DNA from: Candidatus Cloacimonadales bacterium
GTDB taxonomy: Bacteria > Cloacimonadota > Cloacimonadia > Cloacimonadales > JAIOQZ01
Length of the DNA: 64,000 nt
Direction of reading: 5' to 3'
Assembly (NCBI GenBank): GCA_963665815.1
Contig: OY762463.1
Coordinates: 768,001-832,000 of the forward strand
The position numbers and the translations under genes are program-made. Within the stretch, counting starts at the first letter, position 1, and every line of letters begins with the position of its first letter. The notes under the pieces are model-generated. The model did not search any database. It worked only from the letters and a program-made list of their open reading frames with translations, and was not told the DNA's origin. This document shows, piece after piece, positions 40,701-53,814 of the stretch.

Positions 40701-40985
40701 ATGATTTCTGTTTGTGGAGTTATATGCAAAACTGATTGCGGCTCATTTGAAAATCCATGTAAAGGCTGTAATGAACTCAAAGGGGAAGTATCCTGGGTTG
40801 AATTTATTGGCAAAAAAGTATGTCCAATTTATCAATGTGTTATTGATAAAAAAATTACCACATGCGCTTCATGTGAAGAAAGACCATGTGATATCTGGTT
40901 AGTCGAAACTAGGAATCCTTCCGTATCAGATGAAGAATTTATGCAAGATATACAGAGTAGACTTAAGAATTTAAAAAAGCTCTGA
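40701..40985 (+). CDS. Small Cys-rich protein (DUF3795-like)
   Basis: CGVIC..C...C.GC...CPIYQC...CASC...PC pattern; GGAG RBS. Confidence 0.75.
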   Translation: MISVCGVICKTDCGSFENPCKGCNELKGEVSWVEFIGKKVCPIYQCVIDKKITTCASCEERPCDIWLVETRNPSVSDEEFMQDIQSRLKNLKKL

Positions 40986-41132
40986 TCCAAACATATTGAC
41001 ATACAAATATCATAGTATGGATTACAATTATTTTTGCAGATGCACATTGCAAAATCTCAAACATAGTGCAACAAAGTTAAATTTTCGATGTTAACCCCCA
41101 AACATCACTTATGTTCAGGAGAAATCTCTGAC

Positions 41133-41160
41133 AAAAAAAGGCTTCCATGTAAAGGAAGCC
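41133..41160 (-). terminator. Rho-independent terminator (minus strand)
   Basis: GGCTTCC...GGAAGCC stem with an adjacent A run on the plus strand. Confidence 0.75.
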
Positions 41161-41180
41161 CCTGAAGTGTTAATCCGATT

Positions 41181-41930
41181 CTAATTCGCCGGTTTGAGGT
41201 TATACATATCAAGAATTTCTTTTATCTTGCCTGAATCGGTTAACTCTTTCAGTTTATTGTTAAATTTGTCGAAAGTTGCTTTATCAATATTGTCTTTCAG
41301 GAATCCAATAAAATAGTTTAGTTTTTTTGAATGACCGGCATATCTTACATTTTTCAATTTAAGCTTGCGTACAAGCTGATTTCCGACATCCACGTTTGAA
41401 AAAACAGCTTGAGTATCTTTGAGGGAAAGATTCTGGAAAGCAGCTTCATCAAGTGGATACACTTCAATATTAATAGATTTTTCCTGCTCAGCTATCTTCC
41501 TGAGACTTTTTTCGGTATTTGAAGGACCATAAACACCAATTTTATAATCAAGAAGCTGACGCGGATTCTTATATTCAAGGTCATCTGATGTCTTCACAAA
41601 GAAACCATACTCAGTTTCGTTAATCGGATGACTGAAATATAACCATGATTCTCTGCTTTTGTTTTTCCCCATAACAAACAGTGCATGGGCTTCACCTTTT
41701 TTTGCTCTCTCTTGTGCATCTCCCCATTCAAAAAGTCCGATTTCTGCTTCAACTCCAATTTCCTTGCATACAAGTTTTATTATATCTACATATGGACCGC
41801 TAATCTGTCCGTTGAATGTAAAACTGAATGGAGGAAAGTCCTGGGTGTAAAATACAATCTTATCGACTGCAATTGCATAGGTTGCTGCAAGTATTAAAAT
41901 TAAAAGTACTGCTATTCTTTTTTTTAACAT
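41181..41930 (-). CDS. Periplasmic solute-binding protein, family 3 (amino-acid type)
   Basis: Signal peptide; DFPPFSF...G...G..VDI, RESWLYFSHP, FN..L..L..SG...I...Y. Confidence 0.85.
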   Translation of the reverse strand: MLKKRIAVLLILILAATYAIAVDKIVFYTQDFPPFSFTFNGQISGPYVDIIKLVCKEIGVEAEIGLFEWGDAQERAKKGEAHALFVMGKNKSRESWLYFSHPINETEYGFFVKTSDDLEYKNPRQLLDYKIGVYGPSNTEKSLRKIAEQEKSINIEVYPLDEAAFQNLSLKDTQAVFSNVDVGNQLVRKLKLKNVRYAGHSKKLNYFIGFLKDNIDKATFDKFNNKLKELTDSGKIKEILDMYNLKPAN

Positions 41931-41974
41931 TCTTAACCTCTCTCATCTTGATTTATAAATACAAACAAATGTAA

Positions 41975-42790
41975 TTATGTTAATAGTGATCCATTTTCAG
42001 CAAGATAATCAACAATAATAAGATTATCATATTTAGCAGCAACATGTAAAGCATTAAGAAAATCCTTATTTTTAATGTTTACATCCGCTTTATTTTTTAT
42101 CAGAAGACGCACAATATCCAAATGATCGTTACGGGCAGCTTCATGTAAGGGGGTGTTTCCGTACTTATTAATTGCGTTAATGTTAGCACCTTTAGTAATA
42201 AGGTATTCAACAATTTCTTTGTGTCCGTTTCTGGCAGAAACATGCAAAGGCGTAGAGTGATCTGCCGTCTGAGGAGAATTCATGACGAGGTCATTATCTT
42301 CATCCACAAGTGATTTCACGATTTCAAGATAACCGTTAAGTGAAGATTTATGCAATGCATAGTCTTTATCGTAGATGGTTTTTGCCTTATGAGCACCCTT
42401 ATTTACTAAATATTCTACAATTTCAGTGTAACCTGCTACAAGAGCTTCATACAATGGATTCTTACCGTAAGAACTTTCAGCATTGATGTTTGCTCCGTTA
42501 CTTATAAGGTATTCAACTATTTCAGAGTTCCCTCTTCTGATAGCTTCGTGCAATGCAGTTAAACCATCATGTTCATTCTTTGCATTGACATCTGCCCCAT
42601 TTTCAACCAGAAACTTAATCACATCTAATTGTCCATGATATGCGGCAACCGGTAAGGCTTTTTCACCATTTTCAGATTGAGTATTAATATTCACACCACT
42701 TTTAAGTAGCTCTTTCATTCTTTCGATATTTCCGCTTATAATTGAGGAAAAGAATTTTCTTGTTAACATTTTATCTCCAATGACTGTCAA
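41975..42790 (-). CDS. Ankyrin-repeat protein
   Basis: Repeated TPLHxAAxxGHxEIVxYLIxxGANINA. Confidence 0.92.
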   Translation of the reverse strand: MTVIGDKMLTRKFFSSIISGNIERMKELLKSGVNINTQSENGEKALPVAAYHGQLDVIKFLVENGADVNAKNEHDGLTALHEAIRRGNSEIVEYLISNGANINAESSYGKNPLYEALVAGYTEIVEYLVNKGAHKAKTIYDKDYALHKSSLNGYLEIVKSLVDEDNDLVMNSPQTADHSTPLHVSARNGHKEIVEYLITKGANINAINKYGNTPLHEAARNDHLDIVRLLIKNKADVNIKNKDFLNALHVAAKYDNLIIVDYLAENGSLLT

Positions 42791-42796
42791 ACAATA

Positions 42797-42994
42797 TTAA
42801 ATCTTATCTTTCAGCTTTAACATTAAATTTTTCTTAGCCTTTTTGATTGTAATTCCGACGCCTGTAATTGTAATAAACTCAGGTTGATTATTGGTTTGCA
42901 TATCTCTTTTTGAAAAATCTTCTTTAGCCAACAGAGCAACCACATAATAAACACCATTAATTAATTTAGGTTTAAAGAACTTTCTTATGTACAT
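42797..42994 (-). CDS. Small hypothetical protein
   Basis: AAGGAG RBS, 65 aa, ends 6 bp before the ankyrin ORF. Confidence 0.5.
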   Translation of the reverse strand: MYIRKFFKPKLINGVYYVVALLAKEDFSKRDMQTNNQPEFITITGVGITIKKAKKNLMLKLKDKI

Positions 42995-43213
42995 TTCTTT
43001 CTCCTTGTGCTTTTGAAAATAATATATTCATTTTTTGGGAAAAAGTAAACATTTAAAAATTAACTACACTCAGTAATTATTTACCATGAAAAGCAATTAT
43101 TAGTTTTTTCACAGAAATAAATCAGAATACTTTTAATCAACTGCTTAGTTTGTAGCCTTGATTGATTAATCATTAGTTAACATCTTTTAGCATAAAGTAA
43201 AATGTATGTCAAC

Positions 43214-43240
43214 AAAAAAAAGACAGCTTTTCGCTGTCTT
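43214..43240 (-). terminator. Terminator at the end of the FG-GAP array
   Basis: AAGACAGC...GCTGTCTT with a poly-A flank; related hairpin near 48536-48565. Confidence 0.75.
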
Positions 43241-43264
43241 ATACTGTTTGATAGTATTAAATTA

Positions 43265-45790
43265 TTATTTCAAAAGTAACATTTTTTTATTTTGAACACC
43301 ATCTGCTGTTTTCAGTCTGTAGAAATACACGCCACTGGATACATCTGCTCCATTCAGGTCTTTACCGTTCCAGATTATAGAATGCTCACCTGCATCTACA
43401 TGATCATTCACCAGATTCTTAACTTTCTGTCCCTTAATGTTGTATATTGTGAGTTCTGCATCTCCAGCCTTCGCCATAGAATAACTGATCTTTGTTTCAG
43501 GATTGAAAGGATTGGGGTAGTTGGAAAGGAGATGTGTTTTGTATTGCGGAATTTGCTCGTCTGTGTTTACGGGATTGCCAAAATTATATTTAACTTTGAA
43601 CTTTCCATCAAAGTAATCTATATAAGCAAGGTCTTCACAACCATCTCCATTAAAATCAACCATTGAATAAGAATAGAAACTGTTACCATCCATATTTATA
43701 TTATAAGTGTTCCAGTCGCTGTTTCTTCCATTATTTACTATTGCTTTCAAAGTTGATGCAAGCATTCCTTGCCTGAAAACGATATCCATATCATTATCAT
43801 TATCAATATCCGAAAGTAGTATTCTTTCAAATGGAAAAGTCAGAATAGGCCGAAACCATCCTGCGGAGATACTATCTAGGCTTTCCTCAAAGTAATCTTC
43901 ACTATTATCTCCCCAAAGAACAGAGAATTCACCAGAATCCTGATAGTCTATTGCAAAAACAATATCGAGATATCCATCATTGTCAAAATCGTTACACTCA
44001 TATGTCACATTGGGTGCAGGGAAATTATATAAAGTACTTTCATGATTGAACCCATTCCCGTTATTATTGATGAAACACCCAATTTCTGCAATTCCAAAGT
44101 AGATTCTGACAAATAGTATATCGGGATAGTTGTCTCCATTAATATCAGCAAAAATTAATGGCAAGTTATCAATATAATTCAGTTCAAAATAATCTTCAAG
44201 AGAGAACTGTCCGTTTCGATTTAGATAAATCTTTAATGGAGAAAAGATACCCTGAACAAGAATATCTTGATCTCCATCACAGTCAATATCAATAAAATCA
44301 CATCTAATCTTAAACATAACTTCATCATTTAACGACAAATCTGGAATTCCGGAAGAGTTCATGTACAGACATAATCTGCCTGGAGTTCTATAAGGAAGCG
44401 ATTGAACTTCTTCTATAGTAATGAAATCTGCAATCTCATTGCCATCAATATCACCGATATCATAATCAACTATTAGATTCGTTCTTACAATATTGCTTAA
44501 TGTATCACTTAATGAGCTATTTTGATTAAATAGTGACATGCAATTATTTGTTACTAAAAGGTTAATGTCTTCTTCCTGCAATTTCTCAATGCACTTAACA
44601 GATCTGTAATCCTGCAAACAGAATGCTTCATTAGAATAACTACCATTTACATTATAGTGGACCAGAGGTGCTCCCCCTGTAAATGATGTGTTATGTGTAC
44701 GTCTATAAAATGAGATAACATCTTCATATCCATTGCCATCGAAATCTACAATATCTACAATAGAATTGCATTTAGGGAATGACGGATCAGGTATATAACT
44801 ATCTCCACTTAATCGGTATAGCATTGAATTAAAATTGAAATCGACGAAAATTTCAAATATGTTGTCAATATTGATATCTCTTACTATAACATTTTTAACT
44901 CCTCTTTGAGTTTCAATAATGTTATAAGTATATGTAAATAACTGATTGCTATCATTCAATATAACAGTCAAATGACTATCATCTCTATCAGAATATATTA
45001 GATCTATTAATCAGTCTTCGTTAAAATCAAAGAAACCAATAAAGTCATTACTTTCTGCATCAGGTAGAACTGGATGATAGTTAGTAAAACTCATTAGCGC
45101 AGAATCAAACTCCAGCCACCCAAAAGAATTACGAGCTTCTGTCATAACAAAAAGATCTTTGTCTCCATCTAAATCTACATCATATGCCGATTTATTACTG
45201 TATGCGATGTAATTAACTGTATCCTGGATTTGAACAATGTTGAATGTATCATTTACAGTTGCTCGCCATAGAAAAAGCATATAATTACCACTACAACAAA
45301 GATCTGTTACTCCATCATTATTAAAATCATCACCTACAGTAATTGCTTGCCCCATCAGATCAGAAAAGGAAATTACAGAATCTGTAAAATTTCCAAATCC
45401 ATTATTTTTGTATAGTTTCACCCATATATTTGTTGTATGAACAATATCATTATCACCATCATCATCAATATCAAAAATCGAAATGTTTCTCATTGAAGTT
45501 AAATAGTCCCCAATAATGTTCTCTTCACCTAAAATACCATTATTATTTTTGAACCAGACAAGTTGATGGCTTTGAGTGGAATAAGTGACTAAATCCTTTA
45601 AACCATCCCCATCAATGTCTCCAAAAATAGATTCACTACCCATTATTTTGGGCACAACAGATGAATAATCAATCGAACTTTGAAAATAAGGATCCGAAAA
45701 GCACTCAGGGATTATAATTAGTAGAAATGCAATAGACAGAAATAGTTTTAACTTATTGTATCCACATGTATTTATGATACTAATTTCCAT
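43265..45790 (-). pseudogene. FG-GAP/VCBS repeat protein with CTD, interrupted by one in-frame TGA (45011-45013)
   Basis: ORFs 45011-45790 and 43265-44971 are in the same frame; read-through gives FDFNED*LIDLIYSDRDDSHLTVILND. Confidence 0.8.
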
Positions 45791-45831
45791 GTAAACTCCT
45801 TAATAATTTTGATAACTACTTCTTATATACA

Positions 45832-48279
45832 CTATTTAAGAAGTAACATTTTTCTATTTTGAACACCATCTGCTGTTTTCAGTCTGTAGAAATACACGCC
45901 ACTGGATACATCTGCTCCATTCTGGTCTTTACCGTTCCAGATTATAGAATGTTCTCCTGCTTCGACATGATCGTTCACCAGAGTTTTTACTTTCTGCCCT
46001 TTTATGTTATAGATTGTAAGCTCTGCATTGCCGGTCTTTGCCATAGAGAAACCGATCTTTGTTTCAGGATTGAAAGGATTGGGATAGTTGGAAAGAAGAG
46101 TTGTCTTATAATGCGAGATTAGTTGGTCATTACAACCCAACAAAGACTCATTATAGATAAGATTGAGCTTACCGGAAAGCCTGTCTACATAGACAATATC
46201 AACTAAATCATCACTATTAAAGTCCACGCAAACAGCACTTACCATGCCTTCTTCTTCAATTAGAGATATTTGATTCCAGGACTCATCAGCACCTCGGTTC
46301 TCATATATAGTGATAGATCCTCGAGTGTCACTATTATATCCTCTACCGACATATAACAGATCTTTATCTCCATCATTATCAAAATCTACAACTGAAGAAT
46401 TCGAAAAGAAAAAATCATTATCACCAATAACCTGTTCCTCGCTGTTCATGAAGTTATAATTAGAATTTCCGGTGAAAATGCAAATAGTATTATTGCTGTT
46501 TACTCCATATACTATTAAATCTTTGTAGCCATCATTATCCACGTCTTCTAGAAGATAATAATTTATCGGTGAATCTCCGATAGCACTATGTTGTGTAAAA
46601 GTGAAGTCTCCATTTCCGTCCATATTGACTAGTTCTCCTGTATCTTTACAATATAGAATATCCGGCACACCATCATTATTTAAGTCATCTATTGTCATTT
46701 TTCTCCAATAATCCTGAAGTGTTTCATCGGCTAAGAAGTTAAAGATTCCTTCGTCGTTCTCATAGAATCTTATTACACCTCTTGAGAAGTCGTAAATATC
46801 CATATCTCCATCTGCATCAAAATCAGAAAATCCCCAACTAAGTCCTCCCTGATCTGCTAAAGATAAATGCTGGTATGGTTGTTGTCCATCATATGTAAGA
46901 TGCAAGAAACGTCCTATTGGATCATCATTCATTCTTGCATAAAAGATATAGTCAAGTTGTCCATTTGAATTCACATCCACACAATCAAATCCGGACAAGT
47001 CTCTGCAACATAGCACGGTGCTCAGAGAAACACCCATATCATCATTAAACCTCATCTCACCTAACACATTGCGATTACAGTATGAAATCAAAGTTTCACC
47101 GGCAACATCACTGAGCTTTAGACCATGAACGTCTATGAGGGAATTTACTTCAATGTTTTCTCTGGAGAACTGCCCATTATTATTAAGATGAACACAAAAA
47201 ATATCATCGGCAATTTCAGTTACAATCTCAGGGTAATTATCATCATTGCAGTCCCTGATCCATATATGCAAGGCATGCTCCATGTTTTGGGTAATTAGTT
47301 GATAACTTGTATCTGTTTTCATGAATATATAAATTCTATCATTCCGGTTACTATGTAGAACAAAATCATCCAGATTATCATCATTTAAGTCAGTCTTTAA
47401 AACACTTGTTAAAAGATCAAAGAAGTACCCCGCAACAAGTGTACTATCAGAGAAGCTCTGATTAATATCATTTTCATAAACTATTACACAACTGAGATCA
47501 CTGTTCCAATGAAGAATATCTGGCAAATCATCATCATTATAGTTTATTAGAATAAACAAATCGTGTTCAGTAATATTAACTGGTAGTGTATGCCTTACAA
47601 AATTAACAATTAACGGATCGAACTCAAACCAGACAGCAACACTGTCGGTATAGTCGTATCCCAGAATATCGTCATATCCATCATTGTTTAAATCTGCAAT
47701 GAAATCATATTTCTGACTGCTTTTGTTAAATGATGTATGCTGATTCAGAATTACTGCAAATGAATCAGTAACAGTCGATCTCCATATTAATGCAGAACCT
47801 GAATTACCTGCAGTATAAATATCCATAATACCATCAAGGTTGAAATCATTTACTACAAGTAATTCTCCATTCATCAGTTGCGAATCAATAGTTATTGAAT
47901 TGTTTACATTGAACTGTCCGTTTCCATCATTAAAATAAATATTTATGTTTTGATCTAGTTCTGTTGAAACTACCAGATCAAGTGCAGCATCATTATTCAT
48001 ATCAAAGCAATCAAGAGATAAAATAGATGTCAGCTGCAAATCCATACGATGTTCAGAATCAAAAACCCCATCAATATCAGAATCTTCAACCCAATAAATA
48101 CCATCCAGATCAAAATCTACAACATCAATAACACTGTCATTATTGATATCTACTTCTAAGTTATTACCTTCTTTATAGTTGCTGTTACTATTGTAAATTT
48201 CTAAGGGTTCACTGAAACTAATAGCCCCCAATAAACACCAGATTGACATCATTATTATAGAAACCAGTTTAACTTGCAT
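45832..48279 (-). CDS. Secreted FG-GAP/VCBS repeat protein with CTD
   Basis: Start MQVK after GGAGG; many DxNxDGxxD repeats; CTD. Confidence 0.88.
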   Translation of the reverse strand: MQVKLVSIIMMSIWCLLGAISFSEPLEIYNSNSNYKEGNNLEVDINNDSVIDVVDFDLDGIYWVEDSDIDGVFDSEHRMDLQLTSILSLDCFDMNNDAALDLVVSTELDQNINIYFNDGNGQFNVNNSITIDSQLMNGELLVVNDFNLDGIMDIYTAGNSGSALIWRSTVTDSFAVILNQHTSFNKSSQKYDFIADLNNDGYDDILGYDYTDSVAVWFEFDPLIVNFVRHTLPVNITEHDLFILINYNDDDLPDILHWNSDLSCVIVYENDINQSFSDSTLVAGYFFDLLTSVLKTDLNDDNLDDFVLHSNRNDRIYIFMKTDTSYQLITQNMEHALHIWIRDCNDDNYPEIVTEIADDIFCVHLNNNGQFSRENIEVNSLIDVHGLKLSDVAGETLISYCNRNVLGEMRFNDDMGVSLSTVLCCRDLSGFDCVDVNSNGQLDYIFYARMNDDPIGRFLHLTYDGQQPYQHLSLADQGGLSWGFSDFDADGDMDIYDFSRGVIRFYENDEGIFNFLADETLQDYWRKMTIDDLNNDGVPDILYCKDTGELVNMDGNGDFTFTQHSAIGDSPINYYLLEDVDNDGYKDLIVYGVNSNNTICIFTGNSNYNFMNSEEQVIGDNDFFFSNSSVVDFDNDGDKDLLYVGRGYNSDTRGSITIYENRGADESWNQISLIEEEGMVSAVCVDFNSDDLVDIVYVDRLSGKLNLIYNESLLGCNDQLISHYKTTLLSNYPNPFNPETKIGFSMAKTGNAELTIYNIKGQKVKTLVNDHVEAGEHSIIWNGKDQNGADVSSGVYFYRLKTADGVQNRKMLLLK

Positions 48280-48584
48280 TTTTCCTCCAAAATACATATT
48301 GCCTTAAGAAAATATTACATTGCTTATCAGTTTTTAAAAATTATAAGAAAAAATAGTTAGAAACATGCAATTTATAAGTAATTGCAATTTTGATTGAAAG
48401 AATATGAATATATGATTTCACAACCTATACTTATAACAACTTTTAAGCCTTGTAACCTCCGCTTATATGTATCTCTGGATTAAAAAAAAATGAAAACTAA
48501 ACCGACAATTCACACGCATATCTTAATCTGTCAATAAAAAAGACAGCCGAAGCTGCCTTTTTTTTAGTTGACTTGATTAATACA

Positions 48585-51134
48585 TTATTTCAAAAGTAAC
48601 ATTTTTTTATTTTGAACACCATCTGCTGTTTTCAGTCTGTAGAAATACACGCCACTGGATACATCTGCTCCATTCAGGTCTTTACCGTTCCAGATTATAG
48701 AATGCTCACCTGCATCTACATGATCATTCACCAGATTCTTAACTTTCTGTCCCTTTATGTTGTAGATTGTGAGTTCTGCATCTCCAGCCTTCGCCATAGA
48801 ATAACTGATCTTTGTTTCAGGATTGAATGGATTGGGGTAGTTAGCGTTTAAGACATTACTGAAGTCAGAAGTTTCATCTTCTCGATTTGATATATGTACT
48901 GGCTCTACTTCTATACTGCAAATATCATTAGTTCTATAATCCATAAATATGAACTCATTCAGATTGTCTTCATCCATACCAGCAATTCCTACTTTCAAAG
49001 CGCAATAATCTTCAGGAATATCAATTGTGCATGGATACCATGAATCATTGTTATTCTGAAGAATAACCAGTCCTTCTGGATTCATTACGGAATGAACAAT
49101 TAGATCCTTGTCTCCGTCAAAATCAATATCTTCTACCTTCACATATCTGCCTTCAAACTCTAAACTATTATACTCTATATTGTCAGTATATATGATTTCA
49201 CCTGATTGATTTACCATAGAGCTGTCATTAATACCATAATGAATAGCAACATTACTACCGTTTGCCATATAGCTTGAATATATGATAAAATCATCCTTGG
49301 AATCCATGTTTAAATCATCTACTACAACCTCATCAAAACTGACTGATGGTGTCAGTAAAACATTGAAATCTCCAAAATTCTGATTTCCATCATTAAGAGA
49401 ATATACAATCTGGCCTGTATTGTAACTCACCACTATAATATCCTTATATCCATCATTATTAACATCCGAGACATTAACTGAGCTAATTCTAATAATATCA
49501 TGATCACAAACTACAGATATATCTCTAATACTCCTTCTATCGATCTGCTGAGTATTATCTAAACGAGTTGATGAACAATGCAATGTCATCCTGTGAAAAC
49601 CTTTTTCGAATAGAATGTAATCATTAATTGAGTCAGAATCAATATCCTCAACATATATCCCCGGATACCCCCCGTATGAATCGTAAACATCCGGACGTAT
49701 TGTTGAAGACTGGTCCAGACAATAGTAAAAATAGTTCATATCAGATGTATGATTCTGAATTTTCTTAAGTACCATTATTTCATAAGCGTTGTCACTATCA
49801 AAATTATTAACTGCTGAGCAAGTCGTAATTCCTCTTGGAGTATCAATAAAAAAAGGACTCTGAATTCCATTATCACCGCATTCTAAAGATCCAAAGTAAA
49901 GACTTTTTAGAAACAGTTCCATTGTTCCGTTGTCATCATAATCAATATAACTTACTTCAGCATTTCGATTTATTCCCCTAACAATACCAGTGTTCAGATT
50001 AGTACTTAGATTTTGACCATACACAAGATAATCTAAACCATTATAACAATATACTAAGTCTTGCTTTCCATCTCCATCAATATCGCATAAACTTGTGTTA
50101 AAATTTATCTGATCGCTTTGTGATTCTACATGTAGCCTTCCATTTTCAAAGTCAAGTATCTCAATACTGAACTTATTGGTAATAATTGTTTCTGTTTCAT
50201 CATCATCATCAATGTTGCCCTGTATAATTATACCTTCAGGGTCGAAGACACAACTGTTTGTTACAGAAGTATATGATGTAAGGAAATTATCCTGCAAATT
50301 GCTGAGTGTATCTGCTTCATTAACTCTAACCTCAAAGTTGTTGTTTGTATCAAAGAAAATCATATCTGAAAATGAGCCTGCTCCCGGTTCTGCCATAATC
50401 AGTTTTGAGAACATTGGAAAATAGAAGTTGAATGTAATAATATTATCATATAAACACAATGCACTATTGTTCAACATCCAGATACACTCCAAAGAGTCTG
50501 TTTCTGAATTAAACTTATAAGCAAGAATATCAACATCAGAGTCATTTTCAAAATCACTGAATATTTTCTCGTAACTATTATAAAAAGCCATATCGAAGTC
50601 AGAAGTCAAACAATGAGTATCGAAGTCATTATTTAAAAAATTTCTCTTGAAGTATGAGTTTTCCCCCATTACCAGAATCTCTGAAACACCATCGCCATCC
50701 AGATCTGCAACTCTGAACTCCTCACTTTGATTAACAACATTAAAAATATTTTGACCTGAGAGATGCTGGTATGTTGAATCTCCATAGAATATTCTTCCAT
50801 GGCCACTGTTAATGCAGAAAAAGTCATTGAAATTGTCTCCATTAAAGTCAGCAACGTAATCAATATCATAGCTATCAATGTAGTTTGTACTGAAACCCAA
50901 CGGGATCAAACCATTAAAATCGGAATTATCATTTCTTATCCAGAAAAGCTCTCGACTTGAACGTTTCTGAGTAATAATATCGTCATCTCCATCCATATCA
51001 AGATCAATAAAAATTGAGTTTTCTACTCTGAAATCATCATATAGTGACTTCAGAACAATTGGTTCATTATATGTAAATTCTCCAGATAGAACTGCAATAA
51101 CTAACCATAGGTAACAAGCAGCAGCATACTTCAT
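48585..51134 (-). CDS. Secreted FG-GAP/VCBS repeat protein with CTD
   Basis: Start MKYAAA after GAGGAGG; DxDxDGxxD repeats; CTD. Confidence 0.88.
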   Translation of the reverse strand: MKYAAACYLWLVIAVLSGEFTYNEPIVLKSLYDDFRVENSIFIDLDMDGDDDIITQKRSSRELFWIRNDNSDFNGLIPLGFSTNYIDSYDIDYVADFNGDNFNDFFCINSGHGRIFYGDSTYQHLSGQNIFNVVNQSEEFRVADLDGDGVSEILVMGENSYFKRNFLNNDFDTHCLTSDFDMAFYNSYEKIFSDFENDSDVDILAYKFNSETDSLECIWMLNNSALCLYDNIITFNFYFPMFSKLIMAEPGAGSFSDMIFFDTNNNFEVRVNEADTLSNLQDNFLTSYTSVTNSCVFDPEGIIIQGNIDDDDETETIITNKFSIEILDFENGRLHVESQSDQINFNTSLCDIDGDGKQDLVYCYNGLDYLVYGQNLSTNLNTGIVRGINRNAEVSYIDYDDNGTMELFLKSLYFGSLECGDNGIQSPFFIDTPRGITTCSAVNNFDSDNAYEIMVLKKIQNHTSDMNYFYYCLDQSSTIRPDVYDSYGGYPGIYVEDIDSDSINDYILFEKGFHRMTLHCSSTRLDNTQQIDRRSIRDISVVCDHDIIRISSVNVSDVNNDGYKDIIVVSYNTGQIVYSLNDGNQNFGDFNVLLTPSVSFDEVVVDDLNMDSKDDFIIYSSYMANGSNVAIHYGINDSSMVNQSGEIIYTDNIEYNSLEFEGRYVKVEDIDFDGDKDLIVHSVMNPEGLVILQNNNDSWYPCTIDIPEDYCALKVGIAGMDEDNLNEFIFMDYRTNDICSIEVEPVHISNREDETSDFSNVLNANYPNPFNPETKISYSMAKAGDAELTIYNIKGQKVKNLVNDHVDAGEHSIIWNGKDLNGADVSSGVYFYRLKTADGVQNKKMLLLK

Positions 51135-51240
51135 AATTCCTCCTCTTATACTACTATAGAATATTGATTCCCCAATCTGTTCCATCATAAATATCTTCCT
51201 GTTTTGCCATGAACTCAAAAAAATTACGATGCATATCAAG

Positions 51241-51290
51241 TTTGAGAGCTTTGCTGATTAATCATATATTGACAGAGCAAAGCTCTCAAA
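51241..51290 (-). other. Conserved post-stop hairpin (GAGAGCTT...AAGCTCTC family)
   Basis: Perfect 15-bp stem TTTGAGAGCTTTGCT/AGCAAAGCTCTCAAA; relatives at 56365-56410, 58994-59039, 61576-61625. Confidence 0.8.
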
Positions 51291-51294
51291 GTCA

Positions 51295-53763
51295 TTATTT
51301 CAAAAGTAACATTTTTCTGTTTTGAACACCATCTGCTGTTTTCAGTCTGTAGAAATATACACCACTGGAAACATCAGAACCTTTTTCATCTTTACCATTC
51401 CAGATTATAGAATGCTCACCTGCATCTACATGATCGTTCACCAGATTCTTAACTTTCTGTCCCTTTATGTTGTAGATTGTGAGTTCTGCATCTCCAGCCT
51501 TCGCCATAGAATAACTGATCTTTGTTTCTGGATTGAATGGGTTAGGGTAGTTGGAAAGGAGTTGAGTAGAGTATTCAAACTTGTTATAATCCATATTGGC
51601 AATAGAATTATCACAGTTGTTTTCAAATAGATATATTTTCCCGTTTGAGAAATCATGGAAAAGAATATCCACATCATTATCATAATTAAGTGTGAAAGTA
51701 CTACAACTCGTCAAATCCATCAACCCCAGAACGTTGTTTAAGTTAATTGAATCTCTTCCGCAATTTTCAGCAATAACTAATTCGTAATGTTCAGGCTCAT
51801 TCTTAACATAGTAAATATCCAGATCATCATCGTTGTCAAAATCAGCAATACCACTAAAACTATATCTTGCTCCATGGGTATCAATTACTCTTACATCCTT
51901 GAGAAGAGAATCCTGAAAGCTATAGAATATTTTTGTTGTGTCACCGGAAGCGCAAAAATCCAAGCGTCCATCCATATCAAAATCAACAATTTTGACATTC
52001 TGAAAATGATTCAGTTCAGAATAAGAGCTAATCAATGTGAAACCAAAATTCTCGTTATTCTGAAACAAACTGTAACCGGCATTCATTTCACTTCCCGAAA
52101 AATCAACTAATCCATCATCATTAAGATCTATAAAATCAGTTTTCTTGCTAAAGGACACATCACAAAGCGTATTAACAAGAGAAAACTGATTATTGCAGTT
52201 CTCAAAAAAGAATAATTTATTCACTCTGTTCTGTAAGTTTAAAGTTGCATTGCAGACAATATCCAAATCAGAATCATTATCAAAATCAATAAATTTCAGG
52301 AACGAGCAACTACCATATTCCGATAAATCATTTAATGATAAAAGTACTTGAGTTTTAACTCCATTAATATATACACAGAGAAAATCTTCTAATTCGCCGG
52401 GGATTAAACAGTTATAGTAAGAAAAAATAATATAGTCTCTTACGCCGTTGTTATCCAGATCTGCATCATCGTGAAGATTAATCCATGACAAACCTGACAG
52501 TGGAGGATCAATATAAGCCAGAGTATCCTGAGTCTATACCAGTCCTCCTATGATGTGTCTGCCTCTATAGGAAATAATGTTATCATCACATTTGTAACAA
52601 TTTAGGAACACAGAACTGAGGCTTCTCAAATCTGCATTACAAGAGTAAAAACAACCGTTATCACTGTAGATTACGTTCCCGCTTGAACAGATTAAGTCTT
52701 TATAACCGTCATTGTTAACATCATAAGTATTTACAGGGAGAAAACCCTTCAAAGTGCTCTCATGAATAAAGCTCATGCTGCTTCCTGAAGTCACATTCTT
52801 GTAAACCCAAGCATCACCGATTTGTTTTTGCACAACGAAATCATCTCTTCCATCATTATTGAAGTCATCAAAATAGATATGCCAAAAGTCCCTGAGGCTA
52901 TCCTGCAGAATTACCTGATCTGAAAATCCGAAACCTGAGTTATTCAGCAAAAATCTTATTCCTTCATCAATCATACTTATTCCAATATCAGGAAAGCAAT
53001 CCCCATTCAATTCAATAACCTCAGGCACGCAATATTCATCTGTTTGAGGTGCTACATTATGTGTAATACTGAAGTTATTTATGTTCATGTCGAACTCAAG
53101 CCAGGCAAGAGAATCTCCAGCAGAATTACTTCCAAAAATATCTAAATCTCCATCATTGTCGAAGTCTGCAATAGATTGAATATTTTGTACGGATATTCTA
53201 TTACTCTTGAAAATAAAATCACATAAAGAAGTATTAACACTGAAGTCATCATCAGTAAAATTTCTGGTGCAGAAAGCAATAGTATTTGTAAAATTATCTG
53301 CTGCAAGTATATCTTCAAGATTGTCATTATTGATATCATCAATTATCAGATTTGTAATATTGCTCAGACCTGTTTCAAACTGTCTGTACAAATTGAAGTT
53401 TCCGGTTCCATCATTATAATAAATATAAATAGTTCCTGATGTTTCATTGCAGATAACAACATCTTCAAACCCATCATTAGTCACATTTGCCACACTGGCA
53501 TGAATATAATAATTATCAAATTCATGGATTACGTGGCAAATATCACCATTATTGTCACAATCTGTATCTTCATCCCAAACAACTTGGCAGCTAGTGATTC
53601 GAATCCTGTCCAGATCACCGTCCTGATCCACATCCAGAATAGATTCATGACTCCAGAATTTATGCCCACCGTTATTATATGCAAGAGATGCCTTGTTAAA
53701 CTCAATTTCACCAAAGAGAAAAACTGATGTAAAAAAAATGATAAGAACTAATATCTTTCCCAT
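51295..53763 (-). pseudogene. FG-GAP/VCBS repeat protein with CTD, interrupted by one in-frame TAG (52534-52536)
   Basis: ORFs 52534-53790 and 51295-52491 share a frame; read-through gives [27 protein letters not shown]; likely start MGKILV at 53763. Confidence 0.8.
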
Positions 53764-53814
53764 TATTTCCTCATTATTTATTTGTTCCAAGTGTTATTAC
53801 TATTCATTTTAGAG

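Noticed and set aside
45011-45013. Genetic code 25 or selenocysteine recoding of TGA
   Set aside because: TGA terminates normal genes here (e.g. 4376, 31924, 36462, 40498), and the position is Gly, not Cys, in paralogous motifs
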